Source: an uncultured Acidobacteriota bacterium
Lineage (GTDB): Bacteria; Acidobacteriota; Thermoanaerobaculia; UBA5066
Length of the DNA: 64,000 nucleotides
Direction: 5' to 3'
NCBI GenBank assembly: GCA_963779415.1
Contig: CAVZYA010000002.1
Location: forward strand, 672,001-736,000
Every line of letters begins with the position of its first letter. Positions within the stretch are counted from its first letter, which is position 1. The notes below the pieces were generated by a model, which did no database searches, was not told the origin of the DNA, and saw only the letters and a program-made list of their open reading frames with translations. Made by a program: the position numbers and the translations under genes. Positions 1 to 8,225 of this stretch are shown in pieces.

Positions 1-471
1 CCGCATGGCATCTGGAGCATCGGTTTCCGGCGAGATCGTCCGGATGAGGGTCCGCCCTGGCGGGCCGTCCCGGTAGGCGCCACGTTCGGGCGCAATCGTC
101 GCGACGCGGTCCTTCATGACGATGAGTCCGCGGACGGACGTCCCGAGCGCCAGGACGACGAGGGACTCTGGATCCCCGACAACGGTGCCGGTAAACCACC
201 GGTCCGACGGCACCGGAGCGCGCGACTCCCCGAGCGGTCCGTGAACGACGATCTCGGCGTTCCCGGTGAAGACCTGGAGGGACGAAACCTCCAGCGTCAC
301 TTCGGTCCCGTCTTCGAGGGCGATCGGCTCCGTGACGATTCTCTGACCGGCCGCAACGGTTCCTTCCAGGCCTTGGAAGGCCCGCTCGTCCACCGGTCGC
401 TGGGCGGCGGCGGAACCGGCCAGAAACAGTCCCACCGTCGCGAAGACAACTGCAAGGCGAAGGGCTTTCAT
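1..471 (-). CDS. Secreted protein, 5' part only (runs off the window); possibly the pro-domain of a reprolysin/M12-like metallopeptidase
   Basis: ATG at 471 with AGGGGG upstream. Manual translation MKALRLAVVFATVGLFLAGSAAAQ... gives a signal peptide, and the frame stays open to base 1. The family guess rests on resemblance only; no catalytic motif is visible. Confidence 0.55.
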   Translation of the reverse strand, partial: MKALRLAVVFATVGLFLAGSAAAQRPVDERAFQGLEGTVAAGQRIVTEPIALEDGTEVTLEVSSLQVFTGNAEIVVHGPLGESRAPVPSDRWFTGTVVGDPESLVVLALGTSVRGLIVMKDRVATIAPERGAYRDGPPGRTLIRTISPETDAPDAMR

Positions 472-500
472 CGGAGTTCGCCCCCTGTGCCACGAAGGAG

Positions 501-517
501 TGCAAAGCGGACGCCGG
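501..517 (-). promoter_or_regulatory. Possible sigma54 (-24/-12) promoter
   Basis: Minus strand CCGGCGTCCGCTTTGCA = GG-N10-GC with TTGCA, about 30 nt upstream of ATG 471. Confidence 0.4.
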
Positions 518-797
518 ATCCCGCGTCGAGCCTCACGCCCGGAGATTCGCTAGTGGGAACGCCGTCTTTGATGACTCGCGTCACGCTTTCGGCCGTTCGC
601 GGCGGTGGATCGCCCGGGCCGACCGACAGAATTCGTCATTTCCGCGGCGAATCGCCCGACAGGCTCTGTCGGCCCGGATCTCCGCGCACGACCGCCTGCT
701 AAGATCGGTTCGCGGTTTTCGGACCAGCACGGGCGGGTAAAACGGGAGCGACCATGGCTGAAATTCCTCTCTGCCGGCCCGTCCCGGGACGCCATTG

Positions 798-2198
798 ATG
801 GAGGAGATTCCCGATGGCGGCCGCGAGGCGCCGGCGCGTGCCGCTCTCGACTCGGAGCGCGCGGATCTCGCAGCACGCCTGAAGGGGTGCGAGGCCGAGT
901 GCGACAGCCTGAGGAGGGAGAGGGAGCGGCACCTCGACGAGATCTCGTACCACTCCGGGCGCGAGGAAGTCCTCCGGCGCGAGCTGGCTTCGATCCACGG
1001 CTCGCGGCTCTGGAAGGTCGGGATGACGTGGTGGCGGTTCCTCGATCTGCTTCGCCGCCTCCGCGGACGGCCCGATCCGGGAAAGAGCGCGGGCCTCGCC
1101 GTCCCCGCCCTCCGGCAGGAGCTGCTCTCCCGGGTCGCCCGGTCCGGGGTCGACCCGTCCCGGATCGTCGTTCTGCTCCCCTCGATCGGCTGGAACATCG
1201 CCCTCGTCCAGCGGCCGCAGCACCTGGCGCGGGAGTTCGTGAAGCAGGGATATCTCGTCGTCTACGACTGCACGGGGAGCGCCGCGGACATCTTCGGCGG
1301 CTTCCGGGAGGTCGAGAAGAACCTCCTCCTCTTCAACGGCCCGCTCGCGGTCCTGGAGGCGCTGGAGAACCCGCTCCTCTGGGCCTTTCCCTACAACGCA
1401 ACGCTCGTGGACCAGTGGACCCGCCGGCGCGTCCTCTACGACTTCATCGACGACCTCGACGTTTTCCCGTACGACAAGGACGAGCTGGCGAGGGGCCACG
1501 AGAAGATGCTCCGGGAAGCGGAGCAGGTCTTCTGCGTCTCGAAAAAGCTGCTGGAGAAGACGCGTCTCGCGCGTCCCGACGCCGTCTACCTTCCGAACGC
1601 GGTCGAGGCCGAGCGGTTCGAGTCGCTCACCAGCCCCGAGCCGCCTTTGCCCGGGTTCCTGGAGTTCACCGGGCGCTTCGGGCAGGTGGCCGGCTACTAC
1701 GGCGCCATCGCGAGCTGGATGGACGTGGAGCTGGTGGCCGGGACGGCGCGCCGGCGGCCCGACTGGGGATTCGTCCTCATCGGTTTCAAGCTGGCCGATG
1801 CCCCCTCCCTGAAGCCGCTCGAAGCACTGGAAAACGTCCTCCTCCTCGACGCACAGCGCTACGAGCGGCTTCCGGGGTACCTGGCCCGGTTCACGGCCGG
1901 GTTCATCCCTTTCAAGGTGAACGCGGTGACCGAGGCGACCTCGCCGCTCAAGCTCTACGAGTACTTCTCCGGCGGCAAGCCCGTCATCAGCACGCCGATA
2001 CCCGAGTGCACGGCCTATCCCGAGGTGACGATCGTCCGGGATGCCGCGGAGTTCTCGGCGGCGCTCGACAAGGCCGCGCGGGACGCGGCGAGCCCCGTGT
2101 TCGTCGCCCGCGTCAGAGCCATCGGGCGGGAGAACTCCTGGGCGGCCCGCGTCGCGACGGTGCGGCGCCTGATCGAGACCGGGACGGAGCGCGCTTAA
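798..2198 (+). CDS. Glycosyltransferase (GT-B/GT4-like) with N-terminal coiled coil
   Basis: Motifs QRPQHLAREF, YDFIDD, GYYGAIASW.D and TSPLKLYEYFSGGKPVIS. The N-terminal heptad region ends in SRLWK plus an amphipathic helix. Confidence 0.85.
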   Translation: MEEIPDGGREAPARAALDSERADLAARLKGCEAECDSLRRERERHLDEISYHSGREEVLRRELASIHGSRLWKVGMTWWRFLDLLRRLRGRPDPGKSAGLAVPALRQELLSRVARSGVDPSRIVVLLPSIGWNIALVQRPQHLAREFVKQGYLVVYDCTGSAADIFGGFREVEKNLLLFNGPLAVLEALENPLLWAFPYNATLVDQWTRRRVLYDFIDDLDVFPYDKDELARGHEKMLREAEQVFCVSKKLLEKTRLARPDAVYLPNAVEAERFESLTSPEPPLPGFLEFTGRFGQVAGYYGAIASWMDVELVAGTARRRPDWGFVLIGFKLADAPSLKPLEALENVLLLDAQRYERLPGYLARFTAGFIPFKVNAVTEATSPLKLYEYFSGGKPVISTPIPECTAYPEVTIVRDAAEFSAALDKAARDAASPVFVARVRAIGRENSWAARVATVRRLIETGTERA

Positions 2199-2260
2199 GC
2201 TTCGCGGAATCCTTCCGGCCTTTCCGGAACCCGGCGCGGGAGGAGAAAGAGGAGACGTCA

Positions 2261-2851
2261 ATGTCGATGAATGACCCGGACCGTGATCGGATCGAGAAGT
2301 CCCTGGAGTCGCTCTCTCGCGAGCTGCGCTGGCATCGGCGGGCGTGGCTCGTTCTCGCTCTGGCGGGTGGTGCGGTGGCGATTGCCGGAGCCGCGAAGCC
2401 TCCCGCGAGCCAGGAGCTACGCGCGACGAAGATCGTGCTGACCGATCCGTCCGGCGCCGTCCGCGGCACGCTGGGTGTCGAGGCCGACGGCACGCCCGCC
2501 CTGCGCCTCCTCGACGCGGCCGGGGTCGAGCGCCTCGCCGCGCTCGTCTCCGGGACGGGCCCCTCGATCTCGCTCCTCGAAGGGGACCGGAAGACCTCCG
2601 CGAAGCTGGTGGTCGAGGGCGGTGTTCCGCGCCTCGCCCTTTCGGACCGGACGGGGACCGACCGTCTCTGGGTCGCCGTTCGGGTCGGCTCGCCGGTCGT
2701 CCAGTTCATCGCGCCCGACGGCGTGGCGCGCTGCGGCCTCGCCACGATGAACGACGACACGGGTGTCGCTGTCGTTTCGGGCGCGAGCGGATCCGTGCCG
2801 GGCCTCGTTCTCTACAACAAGGATCGGAAGATCGTCTGGTCGGCGCCGTGA
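2261..2851 (+). CDS. Hypothetical membrane-anchored protein with repeated beta-strand units
   Basis: AGGAG/GAGGAG upstream of ATG 2261. One hydrophobic helix, then repeats of the type L.L.D..G..R..L (C-terminal part of ORF 605..2851). Confidence 0.7.
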   Translation: MSMNDPDRDRIEKSLESLSRELRWHRRAWLVLALAGGAVAIAGAAKPPASQELRATKIVLTDPSGAVRGTLGVEADGTPALRLLDAAGVERLAALVSGTGPSISLLEGDRKTSAKLVVEGGVPRLALSDRTGTDRLWVAVRVGSPVVQFIAPDGVARCGLATMNDDTGVAVVSGASGSVPGLVLYNKDRKIVWSAP

Positions 2852-2856
2852 CCCGT

Positions 2857-3100
2857 CGAGCGCGGGATGCGCGGATCGTCGAAAAGAGCCCTCAGTTCGG
2901 CCAGTGAAGGCCGAGGGCCGCGGACAGGAATACAGCCATCTGGCCGCGTGTGACGGGCGTGTCGGGGCAGTAAGTTACCGCCGCCGCATCCGGCCGTGAT
3001 TCCCGACGCGTAGAGCGCCTCCACGAACTTGAAGAAAGGATGATTCGTGGGGACGTCGCTGAAGGTCGCCACGCCCGGCGCGGGAGAGACCTGGAGCTTG
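2857..3100. repeat. Direct repeat B, copy 1 (SLH coding end plus 35 nt beyond the stop)
   Basis: Near-identical to about 5954-6196; 2857-2948 matches base for base. Confidence 0.85.
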
Positions 3101-3684
3101 TAGCGGACCCGAACGCCGCGCCACCTGAGGTCCGACGTCGGGGAACTGGCGGTTCCCACCCAGACCACGTAAGAGTTCGACGTGTTGTCGACGGTCGGGG
3201 GAGAGAGGGGGTTGTGCGTGGAGACCCCCCAACCGCCGGAGCCGCTGCTCGCAGTACTCGCGAGGGTCACGTACGGATCGCCAGAGGCGGGAAACTGATA
3301 GACGAAAGCGTTCAGGTTGAGCGAGGCGTTCCAGTCGTAGTAATAGAAGTCGATGCCCGTGATCAGCGCGCCGTCCGGAAGGTTGAGCGGCGCCCAGGCC
3401 TGGGCGTTGGTTCCGCTCCCCAGAAAGACGCCGGAGCCGTTCCCGTCTTCGTTGACGATGATGTCCGGTCGGCAGGCAGTGAACGCGGCGCCTCCCACGA
3501 AGAGCGACGTCTCCGTTGCGGTTCCGTAGGCCGGCGCTGGAGAGCCGGGAGACACCGGGGCCGCCAGCGTCACCCCGGGAGTACCCGTCTCCTGGGCCTC
3601 CAGACCCGGATTCGGGGTGGCGGCACACAGAACGAGAATCGTCACTGCCGCAGGAATCACGAGACGATCGCGAAGTGCTTTCAT
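2892..3684 (-). CDS. SLH-domain surface protein, array copy 1 (1-nt insertion near 2973)
   Basis: Signal peptide, LPDGALI core, FSDVPTNHPFFKFVEALYASGITAGCGGGN. An extra base shifts the frame; the other frame continues CPDTPVTRGQMAVFLSAALGLHWPN-stop at 2892. Confidence 0.8.
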
Positions 3685-3960
3685 GGTCCTTGCCTCCTTC
3701 GAGACTCTCTCTGGAGGTCCCGGGGCTGCCGACGGAGCCGGGGCCGGTGGATTGAAGGTGACGGGTCGACGTCGCTCCTTGCCTGGGCCCGGCGAACGAC
3801 TACGGCCAGTAGAGGCCGAGGGCTGCGGAGAGGAAGACCGCCATCTGGCCGCGGGTGACGGGCGTATCGGGGCAGAAGTTGCCGCCGCCGCACCCCGCCG
3901 TGATGCCCGACGCGTAGAGGGCCTCCACGAACTTGAAGAACGGATGACCGGTGGGGACGT
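3546..3960. repeat. Direct repeat A, copy 1 (signal peptide, intergenic spacer and SLH end)
   Basis: Near-identical to 4447-4861 (offset 901). The 115-bp spacer differs at one position. Confidence 0.9.
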
Positions 3961-4585
3961 CTCTGAAGGTCGCCACGCCCGGCGCCGGCGAGACCTGCAG
4001 CTTGTAGCGGACGCGGATGCCGCGCCACTTGAGGTCGGTAACCGGAGGCGCCCCCGTTCCCACCCAGGCCCAGTAGCTGTTTGTGTTGTTGTTCACGTTC
4101 CAGGGAGAGGACAGATCCAGGGAAACCGATCCGAACCCGGCGGTGCCGCTGCTGGTCAAGTTGGAGCCGATCTGGTTGGGCATGGATCCCACGGAATCGA
4201 CCTCGTAGATTCGGCGGAGATGTTCTGCGCGTTCGCGTCGTAATAGTAGAAGTCGAATCCCGTGATGGCCGCGCCCTGCGGGAGGTTCATGGGCGCCCAG
4301 GCGTAGGCGGCGCTCACCCCGGTGAAATAGGCGGAGCCCAACCCGTCCTGGACGACGTCGACGCTCGGAACGGCGTTGTGGAACGCCGGGCCCCCGACGT
4401 AATACGACGTCTCCGTCGCGGTTCCGTAGGCAGGCGCGGGAGATGTCGGGAGACACCGGGGCCGTCAGCATCACCCCGGGAGTACCCGTCTCCTGGGCCT
4501 CCAGACCCGGATTCGGGGTTGCGGCACACAGAACGAGAATCGTCACTGCCGCAGGAATCACGAGACGATCGCGAAGTGCTTTCAT
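3800..4585 (-). CDS. SLH-domain surface protein, array copy 2 (compensating +1/-1 indels near 4443 and 4211)
   Basis: N-terminus almost identical to copy 1. The paralogous core (AYAWAPMNLPQGAAITGFDFYYYD) lies in the frame of ORF 4156..4341. SLH C-terminus is intact. Confidence 0.8.
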   Translation of the reverse strand: MKALRDRLVIPAAVTILVLCAATPNPGLEAQETGTPGVMLTAPVSPDISRACLRNRDGDVVLRRGPGVPQRRSERRRRPGRVGLRLFHRGERRLRLGAHEPPAGRGHHGIRLLLLRRERAEHLRRIYEVDSVGSMPNQIGSNLTSSGTAGFGSVSLDLSSPWNVNNNTNSYWAWVGTGAPPVTDLKWRGIRVRYKLQVSPAPGVATFRDVPTGHPFFKFVEALYASGITAGCGGGNFCPDTPVTRGQMAVFLSAALGLYWP

Positions 4586-4861
4586 GGTCCTTGCCTCCTT
4601 CGAGACTCTCTCTGGAGGTCCCGGGGCTGCCGACGGAGCCGGGGCCGGTGGATTGAAGGTGACGGGTCGACGTCGCTCCTTGCCTGGGCCTGGCGAACGA
4701 CTATTGCCAGTAGAGGCCGAGAGCCGCGGAGAGAAAGACCGCCATCTGGCCGCGGGTGACGGGCGTGTCGGGGCAGAAGTTGCCGCCGCCGCATCCCGCC
4801 GTGATGCCCGACGCGTAGAGGGCCTCCACGAACTTGAAGAACGGATGAGTGGTGGGAACGT
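4447..4861. repeat. Direct repeat A, copy 2
   Basis: Matches 3546-3960. Confidence 0.9.
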
Positions 4862-5567
4862 CGGTGAAGGTGGCGACGACGGGTGCCGGGGACACCTGCC
4901 GTTGCCACTGGTACCGGACCTTCTGGAGCGTCAGACCCGAGGTGGTCTCGAAGTAAACCCGCTGCGTCAGGTTGCAGTCACGGTTGTTGACGGTGTAATT
5001 GGTGAGACCAACGAAATCCGTCTGGGCTCCCCCGGAGCCCGACGTGACCGACGTTGCGATCACAGTGGTTGTTGTGGGGCCTGCGGCATACGACGGCCAG
5101 CAGGTCTCGAGAAGAAAGAAATCGATATCAAATGTCGCGTTCGTGTCGTACGCCCACCAGCGGACGAACTGGAGGTTGACGCCTTCGGGAAGGTTCACCG
5201 CGGCATCTGCATAACCCTCCACCCCGGTGCGGCTGAGATTCGTGCAGCATCCTTCTTCTCCACCGTCGTATTGCCAGGGGGATGCGGCGGTGTTCACGCG
5301 GCCGACGAAAGACTTCGGGGCGAGATTGGTGTAGGAGGTTTGCAGCCCGTAGAAGTCGGGACTGGTGGGTCCGTCGGGGACTCGCGCGGCTCCGACGTAG
5401 TTCGCCACGTAAACGTTCGTGGCGTCGCGCGGGAATCCCATCTTTTCGAGCTGATTCGGATCGGAGACGAGGGTTCTCTCGCTCGCGGGTACCTGCCCCA
5501 GCGCCTTGGAGGAGAGAACTCCGGCAGCTATCGCGAGGCAGGCCAGGGCGACCAAGGCTCTTCTCAT
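4701..5567 (-). CDS. SLH-domain surface protein, array copy 3
   Basis: AAAGGAG SD, signal peptide MRRALVALACL..., LPEGVNL core, C-terminal FTDVPTTHPFFKFVEALYASGITAGC...VTRGQMAVFL. Confidence 0.85.
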   Translation of the reverse strand: MRRALVALACLAIAAGVLSSKALGQVPASERTLVSDPNQLEKMGFPRDATNVYVANYVGAARVPDGPTSPDFYGLQTSYTNLAPKSFVGRVNTAASPWQYDGGEEGCCTNLSRTGVEGYADAAVNLPEGVNLQFVRWWAYDTNATFDIDFFLLETCWPSYAAGPTTTTVIATSVTSGSGGAQTDFVGLTNYTVNNRDCNLTQRVYFETTSGLTLQKVRYQWQRQVSPAPVVATFTDVPTTHPFFKFVEALYASGITAGCGGGNFCPDTPVTRGQMAVFLSAALGLYWQ

Positions 5568-5665
5568 GGGCTCTCCTTTCCCCAATGACCTGCCGAAATG
5601 TGGTTTCGGCCCGATGAGCGGTCAAGGTGACGCCACACCCGCATCGAGGCCCGCGCGACTCGCAA

Positions 5666-5682
5666 TGCAGAAAGACGGCCGG
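5666..5682 (-). promoter_or_regulatory. Possible sigma54 promoter for SLH copy 3
   Basis: Minus strand CCGGCCGTCTTTCTGCA = GG-N10-GC. Confidence 0.3.
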
Positions 5683-5953
5683 GCGAGTCGTGGCTAAGTC
5701 CCTCTCCCTACAGTCCTTTCCACAGCCCCGGACAAGCGGCATCTTGATCGAAGAAAGCGGAAGGTCTGATGTGCAGGCATCAACAGGAGTTCTAACGTGT
5801 CAAGGCTTCCCGGAAAGCGCTCTCCCATGGGCGGCGGCATCAGCGGGCGTAGGTCGCTCAGGTGCCCGAGGGCTGCGTCCCGGGCCTCGCCCGATCAGGC
5901 CGGACAGGCCTCGGCAGCTTCCGGTCGGCCCCGTGGTCGACACGGCCAGTCGG

Positions 5954-6196
5954 CGAGCGCGGGATGCGCGGATCGTCGAAAAGAGCCCTCAGTTCGGCCA
6001 GTGAAGGCCGAGGGCCGCGGACAGGAATACAGCCATCTGGCCGCGGGTCACCGGGGTGTCCGGGCAGTAATTACCGCCGCCGCAGCCGGCCGTGATTCCC
6101 GACGCGTAGAGCGCCTCCACGAACTTGAAGAAAGGATGATTCGTGGGGACGTCGCCGAAGGTGGCAACGCCCGGACCCGGCGAGACCTGAAGGTGG
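5954..6196. repeat. Direct repeat B, copy 2
   Basis: Matches 2857-3100. Confidence 0.85.
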
Positions 6197-6780
6197 TAGT
6201 AGACGCGAATTCCAGCCGCTCTGAGGTTTGAAGTGTGGTCCGCGGAAAAGGCCAGCCACAGCCAGTAATTGGTCGTCTGGTTGTCGATGACGAGCGTGGA
6301 ACCGGGGGTGACGGAGGTGAAGCCGCACCCCGGAGTCGCGGCGAGGCCGGTGTTTCCAATGGGTGTGACGTTTCCTGAGCTCGTGCCTCCAGCCGTAGCG
6401 GTCGCCAACCCAAAGAGAAGATTACCGGTGGCGATATTGTCGCACGCGTCCAGCTCGACCGAGTCCACGACCACTCCCGTCGGAAGCTGCACCTGTGCCC
6501 ACCAATCAGCCGAGCCCGTTGTGTTCTGGTAGAAGCTGATACCCGACCCGGTAAACACGCTCAAGGAATAGGTCGAATTGATCGGCCTGAATTCCGTAAT
6601 CGACACCTTCTGGATGATCTGGGAACCGGTTCCGTACTCCGGCGCCGGGGCCTGGACCTGCACAGGCGGGTGTGGGGCCTGGGATCCCGCCAGCGTCGAC
6701 TGGGCGACGCCGGTCGAGGAGATTCCGAGGAGCAGAATGGCCGCAGCCGGAATCACGAGCCGATCACCGAGTGTTTTCAT
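5989..6780 (-). CDS. SLH-domain surface protein, array copy 4
   Basis: ATG 6780 after a purine-rich SD. MKTLGDRLVIPAAAIL resembles copies 1 and 2; LPTGVVV core; SLH C-terminus. Confidence 0.85.
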   Translation of the reverse strand: MKTLGDRLVIPAAAILLLGISSTGVAQSTLAGSQAPHPPVQVQAPAPEYGTGSQIIQKVSITEFRPINSTYSLSVFTGSGISFYQNTTGSADWWAQVQLPTGVVVDSVELDACDNIATGNLLFGLATATAGGTSSGNVTPIGNTGLAATPGCGFTSVTPGSTLVIDNQTTNYWLWLAFSADHTSNLRAAGIRVYYHLQVSPGPGVATFGDVPTNHPFFKFVEALYASGITAGCGGGNYCPDTPVTRGQMAVFLSAALGLHWPN

Positions 6781-6863
6781 TGTTCCTTCTTCCTTGGACG
6801 AGTTTTTTGAAGGTCGCCGGGATCTTCGGCTGGCGCGGGGAAATCGACGGGACGGACGAGGCC

Positions 6864-6896
6864 TCAGTTTGGCCAGTGCAGTCCGAGCGCCGAGGC
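6864..6896 (-). pseudogene. 33-nt relic of the 3' end of a lost SLH gene
   Basis: Translates ASALGLHWPN-stop, matching the array C-termini. An in-frame stop lies two codons upstream. Confidence 0.6.
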
Positions 6897-7014
6897 GGTT
6901 GTTCACTCCCCTGCCGGGCGCCCGGGGATGCCGGTTCCGGTCGGCAGCGAACGGTCCCCCGGCTCGGAAGAGTCATTCGTAAGCGCATGGCGTCGATGAC
7001 CCCCTCCAGAAACG

Positions 7015-7047
7015 GGAGCGCCCGCCGGGTTCTCCGGCGGGCGCTCC
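7015..7047 (-). terminator. 14-bp hairpin downstream of SLH copy 5 (terminator or attenuator candidate)
   Basis: GGAGCGCCCGCCGG-5nt-CCGGCGGGCGCTCC; only a short T-run (CGTTTCT) follows on the minus strand. Confidence 0.45.
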
Positions 7048-7084
7048 GCTCCGCGAACTCGTTGTCTCAAATCAGTGCGACACG

Positions 7085-7100
7085 TGCAATCCAGGCGCCG
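7085..7100 (-). promoter_or_regulatory. Possible sigma54 promoter upstream of SLH copy 4
   Basis: Minus strand CGGCGC-CTGGA-TTGCA versus consensus TGGCAC-N5-TTGCA. Confidence 0.4.
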
Positions 7101-7159
7101 CGGCGAGGAAGACGGCCGCAAGCCGAGGTGCCGGACTGGACGTGTCAATCATGCCGGAA

Positions 7160-7987
7160 TCAGTTCCACTGCAAGCCGAGGGCCGAAGCAAGGAAGACGG
7201 CCATCTGGCCGCGGGTGACAGGGGTGTTGGGGCAGAAGTTGCCGCCTCCGCATCCGGCCGTGATGCCCGACGCGTAGAGCGCCTCCACGAACTTGAAGTA
7301 GGTACTACCCGTGGGGACGTCGCTGAAAGTCGCCACCCCGGGACCCGGGCTGACCTGGAGGATGTACCCAACGATCATCCCGGCCACCCTCTCCGTTCCG
7401 TCCGAGGCGTTGGGTTCGGCCAGCGCGATGAACTGGTTGTTGAAGTTGTCGACAACGAGGTTGTCGGCCGAGAGATTTGCCGTCACGAAGTTGACGCCCG
7501 TACTTTGGAAAGCCAGGGTCGAGCAGATAAAGCCCGGCACACCGCAGGCACTACTGGTCGGGTAGTATGTGCAGCCAGAGCCTGTCCAGGGGCACTTGGT
7601 CAGGCTCCCAAATGTCCGGGCAGAGGCCGAGTTGTCGTAGTAATCCAGCTCCAGGTAGATGACTTTGGCGCCGCTGGGAAGGCGAACGGGGGCCACCAAG
7701 TCGGTAGCACCGCTGGTCGGCCAGCGCTGGCCGCGCCCAAAGTCGTTGCTGGTGTAAGGGTTAGTGCTGGCCCACGGGAAAAACGAACTTGGGGGGATCA
7801 TGACGTAAGAGACCGCGGAACCGCCGTACGTGTCGGGCAGGTTGGGTTTCGGGGGAACGGTTGTCGTTTGCTGTCCCTCCATCGTGCTCCACGGGATGTC
7901 GGAAGCATTCTGGGCCATCGCCGGTCCCGCCATCAGGACCGCCGAAACCAGAACCGTCAGGAAAATTCCCATCACTGTTTTCTTCAT
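7160..7987 (-). CDS. SLH-domain surface protein, array copy 5
   Basis: AGGAGG SD, signal peptide MKKTVMGIFLTVL...AMA-Q, LPSGAKV core, SLH C-terminus. Confidence 0.85.
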   Translation of the reverse strand: MKKTVMGIFLTVLVSAVLMAGPAMAQNASDIPWSTMEGQQTTTVPPKPNLPDTYGGSAVSYVMIPPSSFFPWASTNPYTSNDFGRGQRWPTSGATDLVAPVRLPSGAKVIYLELDYYDNSASARTFGSLTKCPWTGSGCTYYPTSSACGVPGFICSTLAFQSTGVNFVTANLSADNLVVDNFNNQFIALAEPNASDGTERVAGMIVGYILQVSPGPGVATFSDVPTGSTYFKFVEALYASGITAGCGGGNFCPNTPVTRGQMAVFLASALGLQWN

Positions 7988-8183
7988 TTCAGGCTCCTCC
8001 TTCCTTTCGAAAAACGGACCATGCGGATTTCGTTTCATTCGACCCCCCTCCTTACCTTGCGGCTGGGGAGGCGTGACCTTTTTCGAAGCCGACCCCTCGC
8101 GAAGACGCTCTCCGTTCGGGCGGCCCCAACGCGCGGAATCTTCCCCCCAGGCGATACCGCGAATTCAACTTATCCTAAGATTC

Positions 8184-8211
8184 ATTCTGGCCCTTTCCCG
8201 GAGGATGTCAA
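8184..8211 (-). promoter_or_regulatory. Sigma70-type promoter heading the SLH array
   Basis: Minus strand TTGACA-N16-CAGAAT, about 195 nt upstream of ATG 7987. Confidence 0.5.
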
Positions 8212-8225
8212 CGAGGTCCTGCGGC

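Noticed and set aside
2965-4450. Frameshifts in SLH copies 1 and 2 as phase variation
   Set aside because: They are not in simple-sequence tracts, and similar indels hit housekeeping genes, so sequencing error is more likely.
2892-7987. SLH array as a diversity-generating retroelement, CRISPR array or integron
   Set aside because: There is no reverse transcriptase, Cas gene or integrase. The repeats are hundreds of bp, overlap coding ends, and show no adenine-specific mismatch pattern.
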